From the NCBI RefSeq assembly GCF_003334815.1, contig NZ_QOWO01000002.1: 64,000 nt of DNA. The stretch is one strand, 5' to 3'. A program made the translations under genes and the position numbers. Positions 46,027 through 58,690 of the stretch are shown in pieces; the stretch's first letter is position 1, and the number at the start of each line of letters is the position of its first letter. Origin of the DNA: Escherichia coli (GTDB lineage: Bacteria > Pseudomonadota > Gammaproteobacteria > Enterobacterales > Enterobacteriaceae). A model generated the notes under the pieces. The model was not told the origin of the DNA and did not search any database. It saw only the letters and a program-made list of their open reading frames with translations.

Positions 46027-47154
46027 ATGCAGTGCGCACTTTACGACGCGGGTCGCTGTCGTTCCTGTCAGTGGATAATGCAGCCGATTCCAGAGCAACT
46101 CTCCGCTAAAACCGCCGATCTTAAAAATCTGCTCGCCGACTTTCCGGTTGAGGAATGGTGCGCGCCGGTGTCAGGCCCGGAACAAGGGTTTCGTAATAAA
46201 GCCAAAATGGTGGTGAGTGGTAGCGTTGAAAAACCACTGCTCGGTATGCTGCATCGCGATGGCACACCAGAAGACCTTTGTGACTGCCCGCTTTATCCTG
46301 CCTCATTTGCGCCCGTTTTTGCGGCGCTAAAACCGTTTATCGCCCGAGCGGGGTTAACGCCCTACAACGTGGCGCGTAAGCGTGGCGAACTGAAATACAT
46401 TCTGCTGACTGAAAGCCAGAGTGATGGAGGCATGATGCTGCGCTTTGTACTGCGTTCTGATACCAAGCTGGCGCAACTGCGTAAGGCGCTGCCGTGGTTA
46501 CACGAACAACTACCGCAGCTGAAAGTTATTACCGTCAATATTCAGCCGGTACATATGGCGATTATGGAAGGGGAGACGGAGATCTACCTGACCGAACAAC
46601 AGGCACTGGCGGAGCGTTTTAATGACGTACCGCTGTGGATCCGTCCGCAAAGTTTCTTCCAGACTAATCCGGCGGTCGCCAGCCAGTTGTACGCCACCGC
46701 GCGCGACTGGGTACGACAGCTGCCGGTTAAACATATGTGGGATCTGTTCTGCGGTGTGGGGGGCTTTGGTTTACACTGCGCGACGCCTGACATGCAGTTA
46801 ACCGGGATCGAAATTGCATCAGAGGCCATTGCCTGTGCAAAGCAGTCAGCCGCTGAACTGGGCTTAACGCGTTTGCAATTTCAGGCGCTGGACTCCACTC
46901 AGTTTGCCACCGCTCAGGGGGATGTGCCGGAGCTGGTGCTGGTTAACCCGCCGCGCCGCGGCATTGGTAAACCGCTGTGTGATTATCTCTCAACGATGGC
47001 ACCGCGTTTTATCATCTACTCCAGCTGTAACGCCCAAACTATGGCGAAAGATATCCGCGAACTGCCTGGGTTTCGTATTGAACGGGTGCAGCTTTTCGAT
47101 ATGTTCCCGCATACCGCGCACTATGAAGTGCTGACGCTGCTGGTGAAGCAATAA
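46027..47154 (+). CDS. rlmC: 23S rRNA (uracil747-C5)-methyltransferase RlmC (RumB), 375 aa
   Basis: Track ORF; N-terminal Fe-S cysteine cluster [12 protein letters not shown] and SAM-methyltransferase fold. Confidence 0.95.
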
Positions 47155-47204
47155 AAAAGCCGCATGTGCGGCTTCAGATTGCTGACAAAGTGCGCGTTGT
47201 TTAT

Positions 47205-47302
<98 letters not shown>

Positions 47303-47352
47303 AATTTTACCTTTGTCATCAGTCTCAAGCCGCGGTTGCGGCTTTCTGAATC

Positions 47353-48084
47353 TTACTGTGGGAACCACTGGTCACTGATTTTTTGATAAGTACCGTCAGC
47401 TTTAATTGCTGCCAGCGCGTTATTCAGTTTTTCCAGCAGGGCTTTGTTATCCGGACGTACAGCGATGCCCAGGCCGGTGCCAAAATATTGCGGATCGGTC
47501 ACTTTCTCAGTAGCAACACCAAGTTGTGGATTGGTTTTCAGCCATTCGTTTACCACCGCTGTGTCACCAAATACCCCATCAATACGACCATTTTTCAGAT
47601 CGATAAAGGCATTCTGATAACTGTCATAAGAGACAGTTTTCACTTCCGGGTGCTGATCCTGAATATATTTCTGGTGCGTAGTACCGTTTTCCATCCCAAT
47701 ACGTTTGCCTTTCAGATCGGCAAACGTTTTGTAGGTATCTTTTTTGGCAATCACGACGGCTGAGTTTTCATAGTAGGGCGTGGTAAACGATACCTGTTTG
47801 CTACGCTCCGGGGTGATATCCATACCGGAGATTACGGCGTCATATTTTCTGAATTTCAGGGACGGGATCAGGCTGTCGAACGCGTGATTAGTAAAAGTAC
47901 ATTCTGCCTGCATTTGTTTGCACAAGGCTTTTGCCAGATCGATATCAAAGCCGACAATCTCATTATTAGCACCTATAGATTCAAAGGGTGGATAGGTGGC
48001 TGAAACGCCAAAATTGATTTTCTCTGCGGCAGAAGCACCGAAAGTAAAGGAAGCAAGTAAAGCGGCAAGAACTAACTTTTTCAT
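47353..48084 (-). CDS. artJ: arginine-binding periplasmic protein ArtJ, 243 aa
   Basis: ATG at 48084 gives signal peptide MKKLVLAALLASFTFGASA; track ORF starts 17 codons upstream. Confidence 0.93.
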   Translation of the reverse strand: MKKLVLAALLASFTFGASAAEKINFGVSATYPPFESIGANNEIVGFDIDLAKALCKQMQAECTFTNHAFDSLIPSLKFRKYDAVISGMDITPERSKQVSFTTPYYENSAVVIAKKDTYKTFADLKGKRIGMENGTTHQKYIQDQHPEVKTVSYDSYQNAFIDLKNGRIDGVFGDTAVVNEWLKTNPQLGVATEKVTDPQYFGTGLGIAVRPDNKALLEKLNNALAAIKADGTYQKISDQWFPQ

Positions 48085-48197
48085 GATGGAACTCCCGTCT
48101 GTCAATCTTATGATTTTTGGCCGTGTCTGCGGCATGGGATAACAATGCCATCAAGTGAATTTATATGCAATAAACATGATTAAATAATTTAAATGAA

Positions 48198-48233
48198 ATA
48201 AAAAAGACGGACAACTTAGTGGGTTGTCCGTCT
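48198..48233 (-). terminator. rho-independent terminator of the artPIQM operon
   Basis: Minus-strand hairpin agacggacaac-ccactaa-gttgtccgtct followed by ttttttatttc. Confidence 0.75.
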
Positions 48234-48257
48234 TCATTATAAGAATTTATGCACTAT

Positions 48258-48344
48258 GTAGGCCGGATAAGGCGTCCCCGCCGCATCCGGCACAGGCACC
48301 GTGCTGATGTCTGATGCGACGCTGGCGCGTCTTATCAGACCTAC
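48258..48344. repeat. REP/BIME element (two inverted REP units)
   Basis: gtaggccggataaggcgtccccgccgcatccggca and gatgcgacgctggcgcgtcttatcagacctac. Confidence 0.85.
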
Positions 48345-48374
48345 AAAACCCCCCGGCGAATGTACGCAGCCACA

Positions 48375-49043
48375 TTAATTTCGCCGTTCGAATGCCAGCG
48401 CTTTGCGCTCGATCAGACGCATCATCAGCGTCAGCAGGCCGTTAACGACCAGGTAAATAATCCCTGCCGCACCGAACACCATTACATCGTAGGTGCGTCC
48501 GTACAACAACTGGCTGTATCCCATCACTTCCATCAGCGTAATGGTGTATGCCAGAGAGGTACTTTTGAATACCAGCACCACTTCGTTGGAATAAGAAGAG
48601 AGCGAGCGTTTAAAGGCATACGGCAGCAGGATCGCCAGCGTATCTTTTTTGCTCATTCCCAGGGCGCTACAGGACTGCCACTGACCTTCCGGGATCGCAC
48701 GAATTGCACCGTAAAACAGCTGCGTGGTATACGCCGCACTATTCAGCGACAACGCAATCAGCGCACATAACCACGGTTCTGACAACAAATGCCACAGTGC
48801 CGGATACTCCTGCAAAGTCGGAAACTGGCCCGGCCCGTAATAAATCAGGAAGATCTGCACCAGCAGCGGCGTACCGGTAAACAGCGTGATATAACCCCGC
48901 ACCAGCCACACCAGCACCGGCGTTTTCAGCGTCAGGATGATGGTAAAAATCAATGCCAGAATCAGTGCCACAATCAGCGAGGCAACGGTTAGCGTCAGGC
49001 TGGTGTGTAGCCCTTTCATCAGTTCGGGTAAATACTCAAACAT
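48375..49043 (-). CDS. artM: arginine ABC importer permease ArtM, 222 aa
   Basis: Track ORF; His/Glu/Gln/Arg-type permease. Confidence 0.95.
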   Translation of the reverse strand: MFEYLPELMKGLHTSLTLTVASLIVALILALIFTIILTLKTPVLVWLVRGYITLFTGTPLLVQIFLIYYGPGQFPTLQEYPALWHLLSEPWLCALIALSLNSAAYTTQLFYGAIRAIPEGQWQSCSALGMSKKDTLAILLPYAFKRSLSSYSNEVVLVFKSTSLAYTITLMEVMGYSQLLYGRTYDVMVFGAAGIIYLVVNGLLTLMMRLIERKALAFERRN

Positions 49044-49759
49044 TAGCTGGGCCTCCGCTCAAAACGTGTCGCGCGCAGGTCAATGCGTTTGAGAATGTAC
49101 TGACTGAGCAGGGTGATCACCAGGTAAATCGCCGCCGCCACAATGTACCAGGTAAATGGTTCCTGGGTACGAGTAGCGATGCTTTTTGTTTGCAGCATTA
49201 AATCATTCACACTAATCAAACTGACCAGCGCGGTATCTTTCAGCAGCACCAGCCACTGGTTACCGAGGCCAGGCAGCGCATGACGCCACATCTGCGGCAT
49301 CACCAGACGGAAAAAGATAGCCGATTTCGACAGCCCCAGCGCCTGACCAGACTCCCACTGACCCACCGGCACCGCTTTCAACGCGCCCCGAAGCGTTTGC
49401 GAGGCATAGGCGGCATACAGCAGTGACAGAGCGATGACACCACAAAGGAACGGGCTAACGTCGAAGTTCTCAATGTCCATCTGCACTGGGATCTGCACGA
49501 ACCCAAGATTGATAGTGAAGCCATCCGAAAGCGTCAGCAGCAGCTGCGAGGAGCCAAAATAGATAAACAGCACCACCAGAATTTCTGGCAGGCCACGCAG
49601 AATGGTTACCAGCGCTGAACCTGCCCACGCGACAGGACGCCATTTTGCCGACTCCCATACCGCAAAGAACATCGCCAGCGCCAGCCCGACAATCAATGCA
49701 CAAACGGCAAGGCCGACGGTCATCCCGGCGGCGCTTGCTAAAGGAAAAAATTCATTCAT
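49043..49759 (-). CDS. artQ: arginine ABC importer permease ArtQ, 238 aa
   Basis: Track ORF; stop overlaps the artM start. Confidence 0.95.
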
Positions 49760-49765
49760 CAGGAA

Positions 49766-50497
49766 TTACTTCTGGAACCATTTGTTGTAGATGGTTTCGT
49801 AAGTGCCATCTTTCTTCACTTTTTCCAGCGCAGTGTTGAGTTTCTGCTGCAGCTCAGTGTTGCCCTGACGTACCGCGATGCCGAGGCCAGTGCCGAAGTA
49901 ATCTTTATCGGTCACTTTGTCGCCCACCGCCGCCAGTTTCGGGTTATCTTTCAGCCACTCAGTGACCACTGCGGTGTCACCGAAGACGCCGTCGATACGC
50001 CCGTTTTGCAGATCCAGTTTTGCGTTCTGGTAGCTGTCATACGGAACGGTAGTGATTTCCGGGTGCTTATCCATAATGAATTTCTGGTGTGTCGTCCCGT
50101 TCTGTACGCCGACTTTTTTGCCTTTCAGCTGATCAACACTGGTGTATTTGCCTTGCTGACCCACAAACAGGGCAGAGTTGTCATAGTACGGGGTGGTAAA
50201 CAGCACCTGCTTTTCACGCTCCGGAGTGATATCCATGCCCGCCATCACGGCTTCTACGCGACGGAATTTCAGGCTTGGGATCAGGCTGTCAAACGCCTGG
50301 TTAGAGAAAGTGCAGGTTGCATCAATCTCTTTACACAGCGCTTGTGCCAGGTCGACGTCAAAACCAACGATCTGGTTGTTTGCATCAATCGATTCAAACG
50401 GAGGATAGGAGGCTTCGGTAGCAAAACGAATGGTTTCGGCAGCTGTGGCGGAAAGACTAAAACCTGCAATTAACGCGGCAATCAGAACTTTTTTCAT
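49766..50497 (-). CDS. artI: arginine-binding periplasmic protein ArtI, 243 aa
   Basis: Track ORF; paralogue of artJ. Confidence 0.95.
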   Translation of the reverse strand: MKKVLIAALIAGFSLSATAAETIRFATEASYPPFESIDANNQIVGFDVDLAQALCKEIDATCTFSNQAFDSLIPSLKFRRVEAVMAGMDITPEREKQVLFTTPYYDNSALFVGQQGKYTSVDQLKGKKVGVQNGTTHQKFIMDKHPEITTVPYDSYQNAKLDLQNGRIDGVFGDTAVVTEWLKDNPKLAAVGDKVTDKDYFGTGLGIAVRQGNTELQQKLNTALEKVKKDGTYETIYNKWFQK

Positions 50498-50514
50498 TGT
50501 TGTTATCCCGAATC

Positions 50515-51243
50515 TTAGTGAGAGAGATAGTTTTTAAATGCTTCGGTTTGCGGCTCGGTAAAGCAGCTCGCGTCGCCTTGTTCTACGATATGACCATTTT
50601 CCATATACACCACTCGGCTGGCGGTTTTACGCGCCACTTCAACTTCGTGGGTGACGATCACCTGGGTAATATTCGTTTCTGCCAGCTCACGAATGATGCT
50701 GACGATTTGTGCCGTAATTTCCGGGTCCAGTGCGGCGGTCGGTTCATCGAACAGCAGTACCTGCGGTTCCATCATCAACGCACGGGCAATAGCAACACGC
50801 TGCTGCTGACCACCAGAAAGATGCAGCGGGTAACGATCGCTATAAGGTTTGAGACGCAGACGTTCCAGCAGTTTTTCTGCACGGGCCAGCGCCTGATCTT
50901 TACTCAACCCCAGTACACGGCAGGGCGCTTCAATCAGGTTTTGCTGCACGGTCAGATGCGGCCACAGGTTGTATTGCTGAAACACCATGCCAACGTTACG
51001 ACGCAAATCGCGAATCGCTTTGTCAGAGGGTGTTTTGGTGAAATCGAAATGGTTGCCTGCAATGTTGAGCGTACCGGAGCGCGGCATCTCAAGCAGATTG
51101 AGTACACGCAGCAGCGAGCTTTTACCCGCGCCGCTGGGGCCAAGTAACACCAGCGTTTCGCCCTGTGGGCAATCCAGCGTGATATCGAACAGCGCCTGAT
51201 GCGCGCCGTAGAAGCAATTAATGCCGTTTAATTGAATACTCAT
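50515..51243 (-). CDS. artP: arginine ABC importer ATPase ArtP, 242 aa
   Basis: ATG at 51243 gives [23 protein letters not shown]; Walker A GPSGAGKS and LSGGQQQR motifs; track ORF starts 33 codons upstream. Confidence 0.93.
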
Positions 51244-51460
51244 TGACACTCGTATACTGGCAGTCTGATAGCTATTGAGGTCGAAGATAGTACCTTTGAC
51301 AGAATAATTATGCAATATTTCTGCTTTAAAAGTTAAAAGCAAAGCGCATTATTCAATAAACATAGCACAAAATAACGGGGGCGGTGGTCGGCGAGCATAA
51401 ATGTCGGCATTCCTCACGAAATGCCGGACAATTTACGGGGTTTATTGGTTGATCAAGGCG

Positions 51461-51976
51461 TTAGCGATTCTCGATGGACTGACGGAGCGTACCCGCCGTG
51501 GCATGAACGCTACCGCCTAAGTAACGCACATCGTCGATGACCCAACACTGGCCTTCCTGAATCATTAACACTTCATCCTGCCAACCCTGGTCACCCTGTT
51601 TGAGATCCACGCGCAATGGAATGTTACGGGCATCACGATTAGGGATAGTCGATGCACTGGCAACGTGGGCGCTATCTGGCAAGGTGGTTCGACTGGAGAA
51701 TGGATCGTTGGTCAGTAGTTCCCGATGGTTATTATCCCGGGAGGCATCGCTAAGCAGTGTCGCCAGTTTGTCGCTCAGATAAGGGCGCAAGGCGGTGATG
51801 TCGTTGCTGCGGTGCAAAATGCGGTAGTCATAAAATTGCTGGGCCACGTTATCCGGGCCTCCTTCAACGCAAGGACCACTGCGTGTGCCGTTATCTTTAT
51901 AAGCTGGAGTGACTGTGGTGCAGGCACTGAGGAGCAGTGCGCAGGGGATAAGCATTGTCAATTTGCTGTAGCGCAT
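51461..51976 (-). CDS. ybjP: lipoprotein YbjP, 171 aa
   Basis: Track ORF; lipobox LLSAC in the signal peptide. Confidence 0.9.
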   Translation of the reverse strand: MRYSKLTMLIPCALLLSACTTVTPAYKDNGTRSGPCVEGGPDNVAQQFYDYRILHRSNDITALRPYLSDKLATLLSDASRDNNHRELLTNDPFSSRTTLPDSAHVASASTIPNRDARNIPLRVDLKQGDQGWQDEVLMIQEGQCWVIDDVRYLGGSVHATAGTLRQSIENR

Positions 51977-52101
51977 AATGATTTCCTTATAAGCGATCGC
52001 TCTGAAAGCGTTCTACGATAATAATGATATCCTTTCAATAATAGCGTATCAGTCTGATAATGCTTTTGAGATCGAAGGCTTAGCAAACAAGGAGATCGAT
52101 C

Positions 52102-52425
52102 ATGCAATTTTCTACAACCCCAACTCTGGAAGGCCAGACCATCGTTGAATATTGCGGTGTGGTGACCGGCGAAGCGATTTTAGGTGCCAATATTTTCCGT
52201 GATTTCTTTGCCGGTATCCGCGATATCGTTGGCGGACGTTCCGGTGCGTATGAAAAAGAACTGCGTAAAGCACGGGAGATCGCCTTTGAGGAATTAGGCT
52301 CCCAGGCGCGGGCGCTGGGGGCCGATGCCGTCGTCGGTATTGATATCGACTACGAAACGGTCGGGCAAAACGGCAGTATGCTGATGGTTAGCGTCAGCGG
52401 TACGGCGGTGAAAACGCGTCGATGA
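52102..52425 (+). CDS. ybjQ: UPF0145-family protein YbjQ, 107 aa
   Basis: Track ORF; stop overlaps the amiD start (ATGA). Confidence 0.9.
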
Positions 52426-53252
52426 GAAGATTCTTCTGGCTGGTCGCTGCCGCTCTGTTATTGGCAGGGTGTGCAGGCGAAAAAGGCATTGTCGAGAAAG
52501 AGGGATATCAGCTTGATACCCGACGCCAGGCGCAGGCGGCGTATCCGCGCATTAAAGTGCTGGTGATCCACTACACCGCAGATGATTTTGATAGCTCGCT
52601 GGCGACACTGACCGATAAGCAGGTCAGCTCGCATTATCTGGTCCCTGCGGTACCACCGCGATACAACGGTAAACCGCGCATCTGGCAACTGGTGCCGGAA
52701 CAAGAACTGGCCTGGCATGCGGGGATTAGCGCCTGGCGCGGGGCAACGCGCCTTAACGACACCTCTATTGGCATTGAGCTGGAAAACCGTGGCTGGCAAA
52801 AATCGGCCGGAGTGAAATATTTTGCCCCGTTTGAACCGGCACAGATTCAGGCGCTTATTCCACTGGCGAAAGATATTATTGCCCGTTATCACATCAAGCC
52901 GGAAAACGTAGTGGCACATGCGGATATCGCACCGCAGCGCAAAGACGATCCGGGGCCATTATTTCCCTGGCAGCAACTGGCGCAGCAGGGGATTGGTGCC
53001 TGGCCGGATGCGCAGCGGGTTAACTTTTACCTTGCCGGGCGCGCGCCGCACACACCGGTAGATACCGCGTCATTGCTGGAGCTTTTGGCGCGCTACGGTT
53101 ATGACGTTAAACCTGATATGACACCGCGCGAGCAGCGGCGCGTGATTATGGCATTCCAGATGCATTTCCGCCCGACGTTATATAACGGCGAAGCGGATGC
53201 AGAAACTCAGGCGATTGCCGAAGCATTGCTGGAGAAATACGGGCAGGATTAG
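52422..53252 (+). CDS. amiD: N-acetylmuramoyl-L-alanine amidase AmiD (lipoprotein, zinc amidase_2 family), 276 aa
   Basis: Track ORF; lipobox LLAGC; length as recalled. Confidence 0.93.
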
Positions 53253-54262
53253 CGCGGCAGTTTTCCGTGGTCGCGTAGCCAGGCGGCAGTTTTCTCGATA
53301 CCTTCATCCAGGGTGATGACCGGCTGATAACCTAACTCTTCCTGCGCACGCGTAATATCCAGCGTAAAGTCAAAATTCAACTTGGAGACGCCGTAGTGGG
53401 TCAGCGGCGGCTCTTTTGCTGACTTGCGGCCTAAACGCTCCATGCTGCGGGCGATCATATCCAGCATCGGGTAGGGGACGGAACGAATACGACAGTCAAT
53501 ATTCAACTCGTCGATCAGCTTCTGCACGATGCTGCGCAGTGTGCGATGCTCGCCGTTGGTGATGTTGTACACACGCCCGGAAGGTAGCTTATCGCAGGCT
53601 TCCTGGCTTGCCAGCCACATTGCGTGCACGGCATTTTCATAGTAGGTCATATCGACCAGCGCACTGCCGCCATGCGGTAACAGAATACTGCCGTAGTGGT
53701 GCATCATATGCGCCAGACGGGGAATAAAGACTTTATCGTGCGGTCCGAACAGACTTTGTGGGCGCAGAATAGTAAAGCGCGTTTGTGGATTCGCCTGCGA
53801 AAGCATATTGATCACTTCTTCGCTGGCTGCTTTGCTGCGGGCAAACTCGTTGGCGAAGCGGTGAGGGCGAAAATCTTCTTTAATATCGCGATGGTGGTGA
53901 TAATCGAAGTACAGGGAGGGGGAAGAGATATGAATAAAGTTACGCACACCCCAGGCGACAGCCCATTCACCCAGGCGGCGAGTGGCGCGAACGTTAGCCA
54001 GATCGAAAGCCTGTTGTGTCCCCCAGGGTGAGGTAAAGCTGGAGCAGTGCCACAGCGTATCAATGCCCGCGAGCATCACTTTAGCTTGTGATGAAACCAG
54101 CTCGGTCAGATCCGCCGGAACAAACTCTGCGCCCATTTTTTCCAGCAATTTGCCCATTGCCTCGTTGCGACCGGTCGCTCGCACGCTGATGCCTTTCTGG
54201 CATAAAAACTCTACCGCGTTTCGACCTAAGCCGCTGGTGGCGCCGGTAACCAGTACCTTCAT
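53249..54262 (-). CDS. ybjS: NAD-dependent epimerase/dehydratase-family protein YbjS, 337 aa
   Basis: ATG at 54262 gives [20 protein letters not shown] (Rossmann GxxGxxG); track ORF starts 21 codons upstream. Confidence 0.9.
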   Translation of the reverse strand: MKVLVTGATSGLGRNAVEFLCQKGISVRATGRNEAMGKLLEKMGAEFVPADLTELVSSQAKVMLAGIDTLWHCSSFTSPWGTQQAFDLANVRATRRLGEWAVAWGVRNFIHISSPSLYFDYHHHRDIKEDFRPHRFANEFARSKAASEEVINMLSQANPQTRFTILRPQSLFGPHDKVFIPRLAHMMHHYGSILLPHGGSALVDMTYYENAVHAMWLASQEACDKLPSGRVYNITNGEHRTLRSIVQKLIDELNIDCRIRSVPYPMLDMIARSMERLGRKSAKEPPLTHYGVSKLNFDFTLDITRAQEELGYQPVITLDEGIEKTAAWLRDHGKLPR

Positions 54263-54360
54263 ATCAATCCACTGTTGTTGAGAAAATAACGTGCGCATTC
54301 TTCCGTGATTTCCCCCATGATGCAATGGGAAACATGAAAGAATAACGCAGGTTTTGTCGA

Positions 54361-55791
54361 TTAATCTGTGCTTTGTTCTGCCAGTCTGGCGATTTGTTTT
54401 GCCATTCCGCGAAAAATAAACAGATGCGCGGGGATCATCAATAACCAGTAAAACAGCCCCGGCATACCGTGCGGATGCCAGAAAGCGCGGACATCGATAG
54501 TACGATAGTCGCCTTTATCTTCCAGGCTAAAACACAGTCGTCCCAGCCCCGGCGCTTTCATGCCAAATAACAACGTAAGTTGTTTTTCCGGTTCAACGAC
54601 AATCACTTTCCAGCTATCCACCGCATCGCCAGTCTGTAAATATTCGCGCTCCGGGCGGCCTTTCGCCAGCTTATGACCGATCGCGCGGTCCATCAACGCC
54701 CGTGTCTGCCACAAAATATTGCCAAAGAAATAACGCTCTTTACCGCCGATTTGGTTCACTACCTGCCATAAAGCAGCAAGGCTGGCGGACGTTTTAACGG
54801 TAAACCCCGCCTGTTTGGCAAAATAACCGTACTCCGGTCGCCAGCGGGCAAAGGCCTGAGCGTCGTAGCCCCAGTCGCTGGAGTTGACCAGTTTTTCCTC
54901 CTCTTTCAACGTGCTACGTACCGCGTCATCGAAAGCGATCAGCCGTTGTGGGATGAGTGCACGTAGCGCGGTATCATCCGCCAGCAGATCGTGTTTCAGC
55001 CCCTGAATCAACGCCCTGGCGGTGGTGGGCGGTACGGAAGTAATCACATTGAGAAACCACACCGAAATCCAGCGGGTGGGGAGGGGGATGGGGATCAACC
55101 AGCGGCGCTTACCGCTCACCGCCATAAAATGTTCAAACTGTTGCTGATAACTGAGCACCTCTGGTCCGGCGGCTTCGAAGATGCGGTGTTCGCTGGCCGG
55201 ATGATCTAACAACGCAACCAGATAGTGCAGCAAGTTTTCCAGCGCAATGGGCGTGGTGCGTGAACGAACCCAGCGCGGAGGCGTTAAGACTGGCAGGTTG
55301 TAGACCATATCGCGCATGACTTCGAACGCCGCGGAACCTGCGCCAACGATAATTCCGGCCCGCAGTTCGGTCACGGGTACATTCGCTTCACGCAGAATGT
55401 CCGCCGTAGCCTGACGAGCACGCAGATGATCCGACTGCTCATGTGGCGGGGCCTGCAACGAACTAAGAAAGATTAATTGCTTAACTGGTACTTCACGTAG
55501 CGCATCGCGGACGTTGAGAGCCACCTGGCGCTCCTGAGCGATAAAATCGCCGCCTTCGCCCATGCTGTGCACCAGAAAATAGACCGTATCGATATCCTGC
55601 AACAGGGCCGGTAGGTTATCCGGCCAGCTGAGATCGACTTTATGGCAACTGACGTTTGCCAGTTGCAGCTTTGCAAGCCTGTCGACATGACGTGCCGCCG
55701 CCAGGATCTGATGCCCTTGCTGGCTGAGTGTGCGCACCAGATGCTGACCAATGTAGCCACTGGCACCGAGAACTAAAATGCGTTGCGGCAC
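54361..55791 (-). CDS. ybjT: NAD(P)-binding Rossmann-domain protein YbjT, 476 aa, GTG start
   Basis: GTG at 55791 after SD gagagag gives (M)[17 protein letters not shown]; track ORF starts 25 codons upstream and would overlap ltaE. Confidence 0.88.
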
Positions 55792-55801
55792 GTCTCTCTC
55801 C

Positions 55802-56803
55802 TTAACGCGCCAGGAATGCACGCCAGTGGGCGGCGACTTCCGCCAGTTGTTCGCGCGAGACGTCAAGATGCGTCACCAGGCGGACAATCGGCGAGGCGTT
55901 AATCAGCACGTTTCTCGCTTTCATGTATTCGCCTAACGCGGCAGCATTTTCTTCCCCGACGCGAACAAACAGCATATTGGTGTCCTGACGCATCACATCC
56001 GCGCCTGCTTCACGCAGCTGCTCCGCCATCCAGGCAGCGTTGTCGTGGTCTTCCTGCAAGCGCGCAACGTTATTTTTCAGGGCATATATCCCGGCGGCAG
56101 CCAGAATGCCGGACTGGCGCATCCCGCCACCTGTCATTTTCCGCCAGCGAATGGCACGTTTAATGTAATCACGATTACCGACGAGTAATGAACCGACTGG
56201 CGTCCCAAGACCTTTCGACAGGCAAATGGTGAACGAATCACAATATTGCGTGATCTCTTTCAGTTCGCAGCCGTAAGCCACCACGGCATTAAAGATGCGC
56301 GCACCGTCAACATGCAGCGCCAGATTGCGCTCGCGGGTAAATTCCCATGCTTCTTTCAGGTATTCCCGCGGCAACACTTTGCCGTTGTGGGTGTTTTCCA
56401 GACTGAGTAATTTGGTGCGGGCGAAATGGATATCGTCGGGTTTGATTTTCATCGCCACTTTATCCAGCGGTAGCGTGCCGTCGGCAGCCGCGTCTATGGG
56501 TTGCGGTTGAATACTGCCCAGCACCGCCGCGCCACCGGCTTCAAACAGATAGTTATGCGCGGCCTGACCGACAATATACTCTTCGCCGCGTTCGCAGTGA
56601 CTGAGCAGAGCGACCAGGTTGGCCTGAGTGCCGGTAGGCAGAAAAATGGCGGCTTCTTTACCGGAAAGCTCTGCTGCGTAGTCCTGCAGAGCATTAACGG
56701 TAGGGTCGTCTCCGTAAACGTCGTCCCCAACCGGGGCGGCCATCATCGCTTCGAGCATGGCGCGGCTTGGTCGGGTAACGGTATCACTGCGTAAATCAAT
56801 CAT
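55802..56803 (-). CDS. ltaE: low-specificity L-threonine aldolase LtaE (PLP-dependent), 333 aa
   Basis: Track ORF; begins [13 protein letters not shown]. Confidence 0.95.
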   Translation of the reverse strand: MIDLRSDTVTRPSRAMLEAMMAAPVGDDVYGDDPTVNALQDYAAELSGKEAAIFLPTGTQANLVALLSHCERGEEYIVGQAAHNYLFEAGGAAVLGSIQPQPIDAAADGTLPLDKVAMKIKPDDIHFARTKLLSLENTHNGKVLPREYLKEAWEFTRERNLALHVDGARIFNAVVAYGCELKEITQYCDSFTICLSKGLGTPVGSLLVGNRDYIKRAIRWRKMTGGGMRQSGILAAAGIYALKNNVARLQEDHDNAAWMAEQLREAGADVMRQDTNMLFVRVGEENAAALGEYMKARNVLINASPIVRLVTHLDVSREQLAEVAAHWRAFLAR

Positions 56804-56839
56804 GGCATGTCCTTATTATGACGGGAAATGCCACCCTTT

Positions 56840-58558
56840 TTACCTTAGCCAGTTTGTTTTCGCCAGTTCGATCACTTCATCACCGCGTCCGCTGATGATT
56901 GCGCGCAGCATATACAGGCTGAAACCTTTGGCCTGTTCGAGTTTGATCTGCGGTGGAATGGCTAACTCTTCTTTGGCGACCACCACATCCACCAACACCG
57001 GACCGTCGATGGAGAAGGCGCGTTGCAGGGCTTCATCAACTTCAGACGCTTTTTCTACACGGATACCCGTAATGCCGCACGCTTCGGCAATGCGGGCAAA
57101 GTTTGTGTCGTGTAGTTCGGTGCCGTCAGTCAAATAGCCACCAGCTTTCATCTCCATCGCCACAAAGCCCAGCACGCTGTTGTTAAAGACGACAATTTTC
57201 ACTGGCAGTTTCATCTGCACTACTGAGAGGAAATCGCCCATCAACATGCTAAAACCGCCATCGCCGCACATGGCGACCACCTGACGTTCTGGCTCTGTCG
57301 CCTGCGCACCCAGCGCCTGCGGCATGGCGTTAGCCATCGAACCGTGGTTAAACGAACCTAACAGGCGACGCTTGCCGTTCATTTTTAGATAACGTGCCGC
57401 CCACACCGTTGGCGTACCAACGTCACAGGTGAAAATAGCGTCATCGGCGGCAAAATGACTAATTTGCTGCGCCAGATATTGCGGGTGAATGGCTTTCTCG
57501 CTCGGTTTAGCTAAATCGTCCAGCCCTTTGCGGGCGTCGCGGTAATCTTCCAGCGCTTTATCCAGAAACTTGCGATCGGCTTTTTCTTCCACCAATGGAA
57601 GCAATGCACGCAGAGTCGACTTGATATCGCCGACCAGTGCCATATCCACCTTGCTGTGAGCGCCGATGCTGGCTGGGTTGATATCAATCTGAATGATTTT
57701 GGCATCGGTCGGGTAGAAGGCGCGGTAGGGAAATTGCGTGCCGAGTAGCACTAACGTGTCGGCGTTCATCATGGTATGGAAACCTGACGAGAAGCCGATT
57801 AACCCGGTCATTCCAACATCATACGGATTATCGTATTCGACATGTTCTTTACCGCGCAGGGCATGAACAATAGGCGCTTTAATTTTCCCGGCAAACTCAA
57901 CTAACTCTTTATGCGCCCCCGCGCAGCCGCTGCCACACATCAGGGCGATATTGCTGGAATAACGCAGCAGTTGCGCCAGTTTGCGTAACTCTTCTTCTTC
58001 CGGCGTCACGACTGGTTGTGGCGCATGATACCAGTGCATGGTTGCCCCTTCTGGCGCAGGTTTTAACGCCACGTCGCCTGGTAACACGACAACCGAAACG
58101 CCACGGTTAAGCACCGCTTTGCGCATGGCAATCGCCAGTACTTGTGGGATCTGCTCCGGGCTGGAAACCAGCTCGCAATAGTGACTACATTCGCGGAATA
58201 GCTCTTGTGGGTGGGTTTCCTGGAAATAGCCGCTGCCAATTTCGCTGGAGGGAATATGAGCGGCAATCGCCAGTACCGGAACGTGATTGCGGTGGCAATC
58301 GAACAGGCCGTTGATTAAGTGCAGGTTGCCGGGGCCGCACGATCCGGCGCAGACCGCCAGTTCTCCGCTAAGTTGTGCTTCAGCGCCAGCGGCAAAGGCC
58401 GCCACTTCTTCGTGGCGGGTGGACATCCACTCGATGGTGCCCATGCGATTAAGACTGTCACTAAGACCGTTCAGAGAGTCGCCTGTGACTCCCCAGATGC
58501 GTTTCACCCCTGCCGATTCGAGTGTTTTGGCGATATAAGCTGCAACCGTTTGTTTCAT
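56840..58558 (-). CDS. poxB: pyruvate oxidase PoxB (TPP/FAD, ubiquinone-dependent), 572 aa
   Basis: Track ORF; begins [32 protein letters not shown]. Confidence 0.95.
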
Positions 58559-58690
58559 GGTTCTCCATCTCCTGAATGTGATAACGGTAACAAGTTTAGT
58601 TCATCTGACGGAGGGGGAAGGGATGGGAGAGAAAGGAGGCACTAACGGTTAAATAGCCCGATGAAAGGAATATCATCGGGCATAAGGCGA